Shown here piece by piece: positions 38,622 to 48,491 of a stretch of 64,000 nt of DNA. Both the position numbers and the translations under genes were made by a program. The notes beneath the pieces are model-generated. The model was not told the origin of the DNA, searched no databases, and was given only the letters and a program-made list of their open reading frames with translations. Each line of letters opens with the position of its first letter. Position 1 is the stretch's first letter. The stretch is from a virus, in the IMG/VR virus record IMGVR_UViG_3300009128_000008, positions 20,696 to 84,695 of that record, one strand, 5' to 3'.

Positions 38622-41234
38622 TTAACTCGGCTCGCTGTGGAAGCTGTATTTCCTAGAAAAACCAGTACCATTTTCTAACGCATCAATAATATACATTATT
38701 CTTTCCATTTGTTTTCTCTTGAAATCATACAGGGCCTTTCTGCGACGCACTTTTATGGCTTCCGGATAATCTTCAGGAAAAGAAAACTTATCTCCAAGAA
38801 CAGGCTTCCAGTTTCTCACTACGTCCAATTGCTTCTTAAAATACGGAATAAATTGACGACCCTGCGCTCCCAGCCTAGCTATTGGCCAGCCCAAATCATG
38901 TATAGTTAAAGTTTTGTCTATATCTCCTCTTGAGAGAGGCCGTCTATCAAATAATAAAGATTGTATTTCTTGAACTTGATCTTCTTCCTCGGCTTTAGCT
39001 CCCTTCGGTAACACTCTAAAACTTGGTAATAAACCCTCATAAAACTTTTGAACCGCAGGAGTGTCCGCCTTTGACATAGCAAATTTATGCACTATGTGTT
39101 TGGTTATATTGTTTTTGATCTTGTCGGGTATCTTCTCATCATTAGATACGGCATTCCCAAAATCAATTATTTGTTTTGCCAGCTCATCAGGCACTTGATC
39201 AAATGCCTCCAACACATCTATCCTATCAGTAACATTACCAACTGCATGCCAACCATCTTTGCGTATCTTATCAATATTTTCCAGCGATATACCTTTCTGT
39301 AATTCGCTTAATAATGTTTGCTTTACCCTTTCTTTCTTATCGCCGTCTGGCAGGGATTTATAAAGCTCTACGGTTAGATCTATATCGCTTTTAATTGGAA
39401 GGGGCGTTACATCACCTTCTAAATTTATAATATCCTCAGCTATTTCCGGGAATCTAGAGGAAAACCTTGATACAAATCGTTTTTTTAGATCGGGGTCATG
39501 AAGTAAACTCTCATCAAATAATATATCTCTAAGTGTTAAAACAACTTCCGGAGAATATGTCCCACTTGGCGCATCAATAATTTTGCCCGCAATAGCTCTT
39601 CGTATCATCTTGGTATTATCGTCCCTATCTTTTTCAACTTTAAAGCGCTTAAAATCATCATCTAAATATTCTTTGTGTTGAGAGTGTTTTCTGTACTCCC
39701 CACTTTCGATGTTTTCCTCTATCTGTTCCTGCGATAACCCTTCATATTGCGCCTCACTTTCATATTCTCTTTGGGCCTGTGACTCTAGATCCCACATCAT
39801 ATCCATCATCCAAGATGAATTATTCATAATATCAGCATACCTTATGGCCTCAGCCTCATCATCAAAATATTTCTCCGTTGGCCAATCGCCATAATAACCA
39901 GGAAGAAAAGCCTCTCCACCATACTCATCCTCTCCATATCCAATTAATTCTTCGTCATCCCTCATAACATCTGTCACAACCCAATAATCATAAATAGCTC
40001 CCTCTACTTCCTGTGGAGTCTTCAACCACGCCAATAATTCCTCATCACTATTAATATCTTCAACATCAGGAGTTACCACCATATTGCCAGAAAATGTATC
40101 TGACCATTGACCACCTTCCAACTTATACACTCCCATTGGGGCTTTTTGCTTGCTATTTATCCACCCTTTCACTACTTCAGCAAATTTGGCTACATCATCG
40201 CCATACATTGTGTCCTCTTGCTGTGCGAAAGATTTGCCAGCGATATTCGTAAATCTTCGAATCCTAATCCTGGATATAGGGTTCTTAATATCCCGATCAT
40301 TCGCTTTTATTAAATACGCAATAAGGCCGCCCTCAGCAACATCACAAAACACATCTTGATGATGAGTGCCTGTGCCTAATGTCATACAAGACACCCAACT
40401 TCTGCCGGTAGACATCTGAGCTATATCATGCGGGTTTTGAGAAATTACAACAAAATATTTGGCATCTTGGCCTGTTGATCTGGTTCTGGCTGGAGAATTA
40501 ACAAAAGAATTGATTACATCTGTCCAGTATTGCTCTTGTTTTTCAGCTTTGATTTTAACCTCAAGATATTTAGGATCAAGCTCATCACCGTTTTCCTGAT
40601 TAAGCTGTTCTAACTCTCGATACAATTCTTTTAACTCTCTGTTTTTGGCTGAATTTAAAAGTTTACCAATCCTATATTTATTCTTTCCACTCATACAGGT
40701 GCCAGACACAAAATCTATTTCCTGACACTTTTCTGGAAACTTTTCTTTAAGCACATTAACAACATCCTGTTCCTCTCCTCCGCTTACGGTAGTTGGAGGG
40801 CCCATTTCAAACGGAATATAAACTCTGTCCTGTCCACCAAACCAATCATTAAATGGTCGCGGATTATTTTGCGCTTTTTGCTCTATAATATCAAACCACT
40901 TTTCCTCATATTCCGAGGCCAATTTTAAAATATAATCTGAAATACAAGTTAAAGATTTAGAGGCAAGCCTTATTATTCCAAAAGAATCTATGATGCCGGC
41001 TAAAGCTTTTTTACGCTTTTTGCGCATCCGTTTTCTAGACTTTTCAATAAAATCTTTTACACTCTTATACTTATCCATCCTGCCAAAATAAAGACCGGTA
41101 CCAGGACTTACCTCTGTTTCTCCTTCTTCAGGGCCGCCATAATCATAATTGCGCCAAAAGGGAGAGGGCCAAGGTCTAATATCTTTATCTACTCGCTTTT
41201 TTCGCTTTTTATTTTTTTTCTTTTCCTTCGCCAT
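38622..41234 (-). CDS. Large hypothetical head-module protein
   Basis: 870 aa; basic N-terminal leader ending IIRLAS/ILKLAS; central ISQNPHDIAQMSTGRSWVSCM domain. Confidence 0.65.
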   Translation of the reverse strand: MAKEKKKNKKRKKRVDKDIRPWPSPFWRNYDYGGPEEGETEVSPGTGLYFGRMDKYKSVKDFIEKSRKRMRKKRKKALAGIIDSFGIIRLASKSLTCISDYILKLASEYEEKWFDIIEQKAQNNPRPFNDWFGGQDRVYIPFEMGPPTTVSGGEEQDVVNVLKEKFPEKCQEIDFVSGTCMSGKNKYRIGKLLNSAKNRELKELYRELEQLNQENGDELDPKYLEVKIKAEKQEQYWTDVINSFVNSPARTRSTGQDAKYFVVISQNPHDIAQMSTGRSWVSCMTLGTGTHHQDVFCDVAEGGLIAYLIKANDRDIKNPISRIRIRRFTNIAGKSFAQQEDTMYGDDVAKFAEVVKGWINSKQKAPMGVYKLEGGQWSDTFSGNMVVTPDVEDINSDEELLAWLKTPQEVEGAIYDYWVVTDVMRDDEELIGYGEDEYGGEAFLPGYYGDWPTEKYFDDEAEAIRYADIMNNSSWMMDMMWDLESQAQREYESEAQYEGLSQEQIEENIESGEYRKHSQHKEYLDDDFKRFKVEKDRDDNTKMIRRAIAGKIIDAPSGTYSPEVVLTLRDILFDESLLHDPDLKKRFVSRFSSRFPEIAEDIINLEGDVTPLPIKSDIDLTVELYKSLPDGDKKERVKQTLLSELQKGISLENIDKIRKDGWHAVGNVTDRIDVLEAFDQVPDELAKQIIDFGNAVSNDEKIPDKIKNNITKHIVHKFAMSKADTPAVQKFYEGLLPSFRVLPKGAKAEEEDQVQEIQSLLFDRRPLSRGDIDKTLTIHDLGWPIARLGAQGRQFIPYFKKQLDVVRNWKPVLGDKFSFPEDYPEAIKVRRRKALYDFKRKQMERIMYIIDALENGTGFSRKYSFHSEPS

Positions 41235-41246
41235 AACAGACTCTAA

Positions 41247-42005
41247 TTAAGTTCGTAACAGCCTAGACGGCACATATGAAGCAAGATCTTTAACTAATGG
41301 TATCTCTCCCCATATATCCAAAAGATCTAATAGTTCTATGGTTCTTTCTTTATCATATTTTAATGCCTTGCTTAATTTATCAGCAAAATACTTTTGTTTT
41401 ATATTGGCAACGGCCCCTTTATTATTTTTTACCCAGTTTACTATTCCCGAATCTAAACTGAACCCTAACTTTGCGGCCAGATATATCGCTCTAACTATTC
41501 TATTATTATCATACGCTAACGTTTGTTCTGGAGCCAAGCATGTTCTTATGACTTTACGCCCAATATCATCTATTGCTAAGCCTGTTGGATCTAAAATTCT
41601 CTTCAAATCCATGGACATCAACGCTGTGTTGCATGTAAAGTCTCGACTATACAGCTCTTTTTGCATTTCTGTTGGGTGTTGTATATTAGCTTTTTCTAAT
41701 AAATGCGTTATACCAGGAATTCTAAAATTACTAGAAAAATCCAAGCGCAAACCTCCAGACAAACTAATATTAGTATGGCCATCTGGCATAACTTTATAAG
41801 ACATTATCGGCGACTTTAATCTCGTCGCAACTTCTCTGGACAAATAATGTATGCCAGCATCTCCTGTAGTAATATCTACATCGTTAAATTCATTAGGATT
41901 ACCCAATATTCTATCCCTAGGCAAACCTCCCACAATAAATGGCTCAGAAATGCCTTTCGCTTTGGCTAAATCCTTTATGAAAATTAACAGTTTAGATAAC
42001 TTCAT
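41247..42005 (-). CDS. cca: Class II tRNA nucleotidyltransferase / poly(A) polymerase family enzyme
   Basis: FIVGGLPRD..DVDITT (catalytic DxD), RDFTCN, DPTG..IDDI and YDNNRIVRAI..AAKLGF. Confidence 0.85.
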   Translation of the reverse strand: MKLSKLLIFIKDLAKAKGISEPFIVGGLPRDRILGNPNEFNDVDITTGDAGIHYLSREVATRLKSPIMSYKVMPDGHTNISLSGGLRLDFSSNFRIPGITHLLEKANIQHPTEMQKELYSRDFTCNTALMSMDLKRILDPTGLAIDDIGRKVIRTCLAPEQTLAYDNNRIVRAIYLAAKLGFSLDSGIVNWVKNNKGAVANIKQKYFADKLSKALKYDKERTIELLDLLDIWGEIPLVKDLASYVPSRLLRT

Positions 42006-42009
42006 GTTA

Positions 42010-43962
42010 TTATCTTATAGGCGCTGGAGGAACCGGTGCAGCTGGTGCAGCTGGTGCGGCTGGCGCTACTCTTGCTGGAGGGGCCTTTTCAACAGTTACG
42101 GGGGCGCCCAACTCTTCCATTTCAATTGGAACGGCGGGAGGGCTTTCTTCTACTTCAGCTTCTTCTCGCCTTTGCTTGCGTTTTTCCTTTAACTCTTCTT
42201 CTTTTTCCTCAGCCCTTTCTAGATTCTCTTTAACCGCCTCTAACGTATCAGAGGTTCTCTCTGCGTCACCCTCTGTAGTTACCAGATCTAATTCTTCTTC
42301 TGGCTGCAACGATCCTCTAAGTCTAGATAAAATCTCCTCTATTCTAGTAGTCATATACTGATTAGACTCTAGAGCAGATTTTTGCGCCTCTCCCAAAGCC
42401 GGAAAATACGACGCAATTCCCAATCTATCCATCATCAAATCAATTATGCTCAGCTGTCTTGGTATCTCTCTGTTCTTAAGTATATTGGAAATAACTTCCA
42501 ACCTAGCAACAACATCTGCCGTGGTAACACTGTCCAAATCAACATCTAGATCGGTTACTTTCTTTGTCGGAACATCATCGCCAACCTCTATCTCAGGAAC
42601 AACATCCTCCGCCATTGGCATATCCGGAGTTACAACAACATCCTCTGGTGTTGGGGGTGTTTCTTCTGGAAGCGGAGCTGGCACAGGAGCTGGTGGCGGA
42701 GCCTGAGCCACAACAGTAATTTCCGCCTGGTCATCTTCTGCCTCGTCTGAATCATCTACTTTCTTTGCCTCTTCTTCCGTCTCTTCCGGAATATCGTAAT
42801 TTAGAAGCTGAACAAACTCTTTCATAGCATCCTCATCTTCATCACCCGCTCCCGCCATAGGATCTACAGTTAATGCCTGGGCCCACTTTTTGATACACTT
42901 ACCGGTCTTGGGGAAACCATCACTAATTAATATATTGCCCTTCCTAATAATTAAATCTTCAAAAATAGACGACGCAGCGAAACGTGCAGGAGCAGTTTGT
43001 ACCTGTATTTTTAGATCTTGCACCGCTCTTAACAGTGGCACTATACCGCCATCCAATCCTTCCCTCATTGCTTCCTGCACCCCAGGATCGGAAATTAAAC
43101 GTTCTGCGGAATTCAACCTACCAAGAATGGCCTCTATCTTCTTTAATACATCCTCTCGTCTCTGCTCTGCCTCTGCCCGCTCTTTTGCCTGCCGTCTTTC
43201 CTCTCGCTCTTCTTCACGCCTCTTTTTCTCCTCAGCTCTCTCGGCTGGATTAAGTTCAACAAACTGACTTACATCCGAAGCCGATGGCGATGGAGGCAAT
43301 TTAGCCATTAAATGATCCATTGGTAATAATGGCGCTCCGCTATGATCGCTATAGTACCTTTCATCCTCTTCTGCCGCCGTCTTATATTTATTCTGAGCGT
43401 CTTCTTGATAAAACCGCATCCAATGTTTAAATTTCTGTTGTGACATATTATCCCAATCTTTGGTTATTATGTTAAATGCGTCGGAGAAGCCAAAACCCCT
43501 ATGAACCAGGGCATAAATCTCCCGCATTGACTGAGCCCATTTATATACATTGTAGGGCTCCTGTGCTCTTATATCATCTGTGCTCCGAGGATATGCAATC
43601 TTCCTAATAGATATATTCAATTCACCAAACGCATTAGCAACAGCCTTATAAAAATTAAAAATAGTATCTATTGGATATTTATCAGCGTTCTTAAAAACAA
43701 TATGCGACAATCTAGATAATTTTTCTTTATCTAAATGTTTGCCGCATAAATCTTCCCCTATACCTCTTATATGTCTAAAAACATAATAGAAATTTTTATG
43801 ATCTTCCTCGGACTCTACGCCAATAGATGACAGTATAACGGCATCTTTTATCAGCCTATTTTTCAGCTCTTCCGGACAAACCGCCATTTTATCCACAAGC
43901 TGTTTGTGCACATATGGAGTTAATTTACCGTCATTTTTAAGTTTTTCAATCTTTTCGAGCAT
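42010..43962 (-). CDS. Hypothetical head-module protein
   Basis: 650 aa with several KxA sites, coiled coils and Pro-rich linkers; late-type promoter motif at 43994-44007. Confidence 0.65.
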   Translation of the reverse strand: MLEKIEKLKNDGKLTPYVHKQLVDKMAVCPEELKNRLIKDAVILSSIGVESEEDHKNFYYVFRHIRGIGEDLCGKHLDKEKLSRLSHIVFKNADKYPIDTIFNFYKAVANAFGELNISIRKIAYPRSTDDIRAQEPYNVYKWAQSMREIYALVHRGFGFSDAFNIITKDWDNMSQQKFKHWMRFYQEDAQNKYKTAAEEDERYYSDHSGAPLLPMDHLMAKLPPSPSASDVSQFVELNPAERAEEKKRREEEREERRQAKERAEAEQRREDVLKKIEAILGRLNSAERLISDPGVQEAMREGLDGGIVPLLRAVQDLKIQVQTAPARFAASSIFEDLIIRKGNILISDGFPKTGKCIKKWAQALTVDPMAGAGDEDEDAMKEFVQLLNYDIPEETEEEAKKVDDSDEAEDDQAEITVVAQAPPPAPVPAPLPEETPPTPEDVVVTPDMPMAEDVVPEIEVGDDVPTKKVTDLDVDLDSVTTADVVARLEVISNILKNREIPRQLSIIDLMMDRLGIASYFPALGEAQKSALESNQYMTTRIEEILSRLRGSLQPEEELDLVTTEGDAERTSDTLEAVKENLERAEEKEEELKEKRKQRREEAEVEESPPAVPIEMEELGAPVTVEKAPPARVAPAAPAAPAAPVPPAPIR

Positions 43963-44034
43963 TACAGCCTCTTAAATATACACATCCGTAAATATATCAT
44001 TTAATTACTATAATGCTTGAATTCAAATTATAAA

Positions 44035-44793
44035 TTAGGAATCATCATCTGCCTTTGCGTCAATAATCTTCTCGCGCAATACCTTGGCATCTTTCACCCT
44101 ATCATCATGAGACATGTCATCTGTTGGTGGTGCGTTTAAGTTCTTTAATTTACTATAAAAAAGATCCATAAATAACAACGAAGCCTCAGAATCCATCTGA
44201 GCCAATGTCTCACGTATAGCCTCCAATATAGCGTTTGTATTGCTTTCTACCGCTTGCAATGTAATATTATGTTGAATGATTTGATCTGGAGCGCTATTTA
44301 ATAATTTTTCATGCTTTTCGAACATATTAAATATTTTTTCCAAATATTCTAGAAAAATTCGGTCACCCTTAAAATTGCGCGGGTCTTCCTGTATACGATC
44401 AAACACCTGCTCCATTCTTTCGTAGCTGGCAAATATCAAGCTCTGCATCATCTGCTTAATATCAACTATTTCAACTTCTTTTTCGGCAACTTCATTTAAT
44501 CGTTCTTGATATGTTTTATTATTTAAAAGAGAATCCGCTACTTTGCGATTTATTTTACCGCCAGTTTTGTGTGTCGTCAAATCCTTAGCAAACTGGGTGT
44601 AACAATCTGTATATTGACTGGTAGAAAAATCCTTCAGACACTTAATAGTTAATCTCAAATGTCCCTGATCTTTATCTGGATATTTGAGTTTTAACCATTG
44701 ATTCACCTGTCTTGGTGATTCGCCTCTTTTTAATAATCTAGCTACAATCTCTTCACTATCTGGGTGCTCTAATATATTGCTGAAATCAGACAT
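44035..44793 (-). CDS. Candidate terminase small subunit
   Basis: N-terminal HTH-like segment (EEIVARLLKRGESPRQVNQWL) followed by helical oligomerisation-type sequence; within the head module. Inference only. Confidence 0.35.
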   Translation of the reverse strand: MSDFSNILEHPDSEEIVARLLKRGESPRQVNQWLKLKYPDKDQGHLRLTIKCLKDFSTSQYTDCYTQFAKDLTTHKTGGKINRKVADSLLNNKTYQERLNEVAEKEVEIVDIKQMMQSLIFASYERMEQVFDRIQEDPRNFKGDRIFLEYLEKIFNMFEKHEKLLNSAPDQIIQHNITLQAVESNTNAILEAIRETLAQMDSEASLLFMDLFYSKLKNLNAPPTDDMSHDDRVKDAKVLREKIIDAKADDDS

Positions 44794-44844
44794 AATTATC
44801 CTATATTACACGTTACAATGTATAATATATCAAATGAAAATAAA

Positions 44845-45606
44845 TTATCGATCGTTTAATACAGAGTCTCGTGTTGAAAATGACATTTCTTCTTTAGGCT
44901 GCTCTCTTAAAGATCTCGTCTGCTCAGAAACATCGCCGCCAGGAACATCATTGCCCTTTAATGTTGTGAATCCTTCGTGATAATTATAAATCTTATTATC
45001 GGCCGAACACTGGAAAACACCATCACCAATACGGCCCATCTGCGCTCCAGGATGATCTGGGCAAGTTCTTGTACTTAACGCAGCCTCTAATGGTCGATAT
45101 CGTTTCACCTGACCATCAATCGCTTTTACCGAATCAGCCGCATTAATGTCTTTCTCTAAAGTTTTAGTCGGTCCTTTATAGCACTCTTCGCTACATTGCT
45201 CTCGCTGCTTAGCTCGTAATCTTTCAATCTCTTTATCGTCAGCTAGTTTTGCAGCGCTTTTGTGATCTTTTTGTCCAAAATTAACTAATATTTGATCTAA
45301 TACAGACGCCTGCTTCTGCAAAAACGGATCCTTACTCTTATCAAACTCTTCAGCCAGTACTGCTATTTCATCAATATCTGACTCCTCAAGCTCACCAAAA
45401 GACTTATTGGCCGCCTTATCAATATCTAATACTGCTGACTTGATAATTTCCTTAGAATTCACTAATGCTGTCGCGACTATATCTAAAACAGTATTATCTC
45501 CGGATTCTTCTGCGGCAATTATAGCCTCATGCTCCAAAAGATTATCAAAATTACTAAACTGTTGTTTTAATAGCCTAGAAACCTTTTTAATTTTGCTGTA
45601 CGCCAT
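44845..45606 (-). CDS. Hypothetical head-module protein with a C/H metal motif
   Basis: LAEEFDKSKDPFLQKQASVLD (helical-hairpin motif) and TCPDHPG..FQC. Confidence 0.65.
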   Translation of the reverse strand: MAYSKIKKVSRLLKQQFSNFDNLLEHEAIIAAEESGDNTVLDIVATALVNSKEIIKSAVLDIDKAANKSFGELEESDIDEIAVLAEEFDKSKDPFLQKQASVLDQILVNFGQKDHKSAAKLADDKEIERLRAKQREQCSEECYKGPTKTLEKDINAADSVKAIDGQVKRYRPLEAALSTRTCPDHPGAQMGRIGDGVFQCSADNKIYNYHEGFTTLKGNDVPGGDVSEQTRSLREQPKEEMSFSTRDSVLNDR

Positions 45607-45618
45607 AATTACCTTTTC

Positions 45619-47268
45619 TTAGTCCAAAAATACTTTGGAGTGCAAGAATGTGACATCCTCGCCACCATCGCTAGTTTCGCTCATAGACTTTCTGTACATG
45701 GGTTTGCAATCGCCATTTTCATCTTGATAAACCTGATGCACTGGCAAACCGGTATGACTGCAAATCAAATATTTACTGTTTGGAGATTTTACGGTAGCGG
45801 CGCATTTACATTGTACTGCCGCCTCCTTTTTAAGATCTCCCTTTAAGCCAGCCACATAGGCTGCATAACCAGTTCTATACGCTGTATCATCTCCTGTGCT
45901 CTTTAACACGTTAAGAGCTTCTTCTGCGGTCTTATAATTACCTTCGCTTAAGGACTGGCGAATCTGTTCTATTAGTTGGGCCGGCTTCATATAATATAAG
46001 GAAGAAGCCTTGGCGGCAGTAGAAGAATCTGCCCCCTGGCTAAGTAATTCCCCAACTCCATCCGATGATAAATCAAATACTCCGGCCGAAGAAACAGCAA
46101 CACCAGGAACTTGCGGAACCTTATTAGCCACCTTTACCGGAACAGTAAAGCCATTCGCGCCATCAGTAGAAACTGCATAAAAAATAGTATTGTCATCTGT
46201 ATCAGAAATGCCAATTTGTGTGTTTTTATACCCCGCGCTTGCCATTGCTAATTTAACTGAACTTCTGCCACGCTCTACGGCCTCTCTGCCAAAAACAAAT
46301 TCAGCAACACCAGCAGCACTTGTCAATGCTTTAGCGAATTCTTGAACCTCATCTGATTGTTCAAACTCAGGCGTCTCTACATTGGGAGCGGCCGGGTCAA
46401 CCTCTTGATATAACACAGCATTTACTGTATGTGTATTAGGGGTTTCCGCATCCGCACTAGCAGCCATTACGATTCGTTCTAATTCGGTCATTTCTTTTTG
46501 TGGGCCTCTTTTAGCCTCCGTGATATCATTCAATAGCATTTGAACATCAACTCTAAAAGACTTACCAGCTGTCTTTTTTATATGATCCTCTAATGCCTTT
46601 GCTGTTATTTCAACGAACCCATCTTGGCTCAAAAACATGGAGGGCATCAATGTTTTGTCCCCGGATATCTCGACAGGAATTAATACATGAGCCTCTCCAG
46701 CCGGCGTATCATATGTTGCCTTACAAATCAACACATCCTCCTTACCGGCTACCACGCTAGTCTTTTTGGGAAGGGCGCCACAACAATTTAATTCATGGGC
46801 ACAAGTTCTCTTTGCATCTTTAGCGACCTTCTCGGAATATGGCATATATGGTACGTCTTTATCAAATGCAGCTTTTAACTGATTAGATAAAATCGGATTA
46901 GCCTGGCTGTCATATGCTCCCTGGACTAAATCTTGACCCTCTTTCGGATCTCGCACCATCACATTTCTAGCAGCTTGTTTTTCAAGGCCAAATTCCTCAG
47001 CGAAATGCTCTGAGAATTTGTTGTTAGAAGTGGCCAATTTGCCATACACCTCTCTCAACTCTGACCTACGCATAAACAGCTGTCCAGAAGATGCGCGTTT
47101 ATTTAAGAAATTATAAATACTAACAGAGGTCTGATCCGCTGGATAAGCCTCAGCTAATTTACGCGCTTTTACTGCTAACACCTCAAGAGGGAGCTGTTCA
47201 TTATCCCTCAATGCTTTCGCGGCCTTGTTAACAATATCGTTTAATTCAAACCATTCGTGAGAACTCAT
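45619..47268 (-). CDS. Hypothetical head-module protein
   Basis: 549 aa; two similar beta segments (HVLIPVEI and GFTVPVKV); C-terminal CKC..CSH..C after LKKEA. Confidence 0.65.
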   Translation of the reverse strand: MSSHEWFELNDIVNKAAKALRDNEQLPLEVLAVKARKLAEAYPADQTSVSIYNFLNKRASSGQLFMRRSELREVYGKLATSNNKFSEHFAEEFGLEKQAARNVMVRDPKEGQDLVQGAYDSQANPILSNQLKAAFDKDVPYMPYSEKVAKDAKRTCAHELNCCGALPKKTSVVAGKEDVLICKATYDTPAGEAHVLIPVEISGDKTLMPSMFLSQDGFVEITAKALEDHIKKTAGKSFRVDVQMLLNDITEAKRGPQKEMTELERIVMAASADAETPNTHTVNAVLYQEVDPAAPNVETPEFEQSDEVQEFAKALTSAAGVAEFVFGREAVERGRSSVKLAMASAGYKNTQIGISDTDDNTIFYAVSTDGANGFTVPVKVANKVPQVPGVAVSSAGVFDLSSDGVGELLSQGADSSTAAKASSLYYMKPAQLIEQIRQSLSEGNYKTAEEALNVLKSTGDDTAYRTGYAAYVAGLKGDLKKEAAVQCKCAATVKSPNSKYLICSHTGLPVHQVYQDENGDCKPMYRKSMSETSDGGEDVTFLHSKVFLD

Positions 47269-47293
47269 TTATATGCCCTTATAAATTATCAGT

Positions 47294-47785
47294 TTATGAC
47301 AAATCATCATTTAGTTCTGGGTATTTGCTCAACAATTCCGCCTTCTCATCAGCAGAAAGTTCATTTAGCAAGCCTGATCGTAACGTTGTGTTAGATGCTA
47401 GTTTTTGAGGTAAATATGTACATACCAAATAAGCCTCTTCTTTAGGAATCCCGCAAGAGGCAGTTGCCACCTTCTTAACTGGAATGTCTTTGTAGAAAAC
47501 GCTAAGATTTTCGCCAGTTTTGTCAGACATTACAGTCCAGTCTGAGCTGGTTTTTTCAGTCTGAACATCCTCTCCATCATACGTGGCAACAATATATTCG
47601 CCATCATCGCACTCTTGTATCTGCCATAGCCCATCTATATTTTCACTATCCACAAACCGAACGACATCAAAAGCTACCTTTCGAATACGATCCTTCACAT
47701 CGGCTAATCTATATACTTTTTTCGGGTTAAGACTGTTGTCCAAATGACTGTAATCAACAGGAAATTTATCCATCATATACTCCAT
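47294..47785 (-). CDS. Hypothetical protein, first gene of the head-module transcript
   Basis: 163 aa; both promoter-like motifs lie upstream (47830 and 47902). Confidence 0.65.
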   Translation of the reverse strand: MEYMMDKFPVDYSHLDNSLNPKKVYRLADVKDRIRKVAFDVVRFVDSENIDGLWQIQECDDGEYIVATYDGEDVQTEKTSSDWTVMSDKTGENLSVFYKDIPVKKVATASCGIPKEEAYLVCTYLPQKLASNTTLRSGLLNELSADEKAELLSKYPELNDDLS

Positions 47786-47931
47786 ACATTATCTGGCATA
47801 TTTTAGCAACAAACACACTATCACTGATTATGCCTTATAATTACATGATTTATTTGTTAAAATAATAGTTTATGCCTATGTGCCGACATACCACTATGTA
47901 AATATAACGAGTAATAATTAATCTTAAAAAT

Positions 47932-47963
47932 AAAAAAGCCGCATATGTGAAAACATATGCGGC
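47932..47963 (-). terminator. Intrinsic terminator ending the replication operon
   Basis: GCCGCATATG..CATATGCGGC stem followed by T6 on the minus strand. Confidence 0.85.
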
Positions 47964-47993
47964 CCGGTCCACAAGGGACTTCAACGGAAAATA

Positions 47994-48491
47994 TTAGTAT
48001 GGAAATTCGCCCTGTATTTCTGCTATCTGCGTCAATATAGTTTGTATTTCTTCGTCTTGTGCAGCAATCTTTCTAAGCTTCTTTTTTGCTCCACCATAAA
48101 TGCGGCGGCCATTCCTATAGTCACAATTACCGTTTATACTCTTGGTTATGGATGATTGGTTCACATTCAATATCTTGGCGATCTCTGTCTGCGTATAGCC
48201 ATCAGCATAAAGTTGAATTACCTCACACTGCCTTTTAGTCAGTCTTGTCTTAATAATTCTCCAAAACGCCGCCTTCAGCCTATCCTGCAGCTCATATAAT
48301 TCCTCGTTATATTCTGCATGATTCAACAAACCGCCAATACCACGCGCATCTGAAAATTCAGTTAGAACGTCAGGCGCACATGGTGACTCTAATAGAACGT
48401 GTTGATATTTGTCGCTTCTGTTCTTTGTAAAGTCTCTCCTGATTTTTATCCGTGTCAACAGCTCTCCTCTATAGATTTCCTGGGTTAACAT
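47994..48491 (-). CDS. Sigma-70 region-4/LuxR-type HTH transcription regulator
   Basis: LTKRQCEVIQLYADGYTQTEIAKILNVNQSSITKSI; probable TTG start at 48458 after AGGAG. Confidence 0.75.
   Translation of the reverse strand: MLTQEIYRGELLTRIKIRRDFTKNRSDKYQHVLLESPCAPDVLTEFSDARGIGGLLNHAEYNEELYELQDRLKAAFWRIIKTRLTKRQCEVIQLYADGYTQTEIAKILNVNQSSITKSINGNCDYRNGRRIYGGAKKKLRKIAAQDEEIQTILTQIAEIQGEFPY

Noticed and set aside
9621-47785. Phage nucleus (chimallin/PhuZ) or multisubunit RNA polymerase genes among the large unknown ORFs
   Set aside because: I found no tubulin GGGTGSG or RNAP DxDGD motif in these proteins. Chimallin cannot be recognised by eye, so there is no support.
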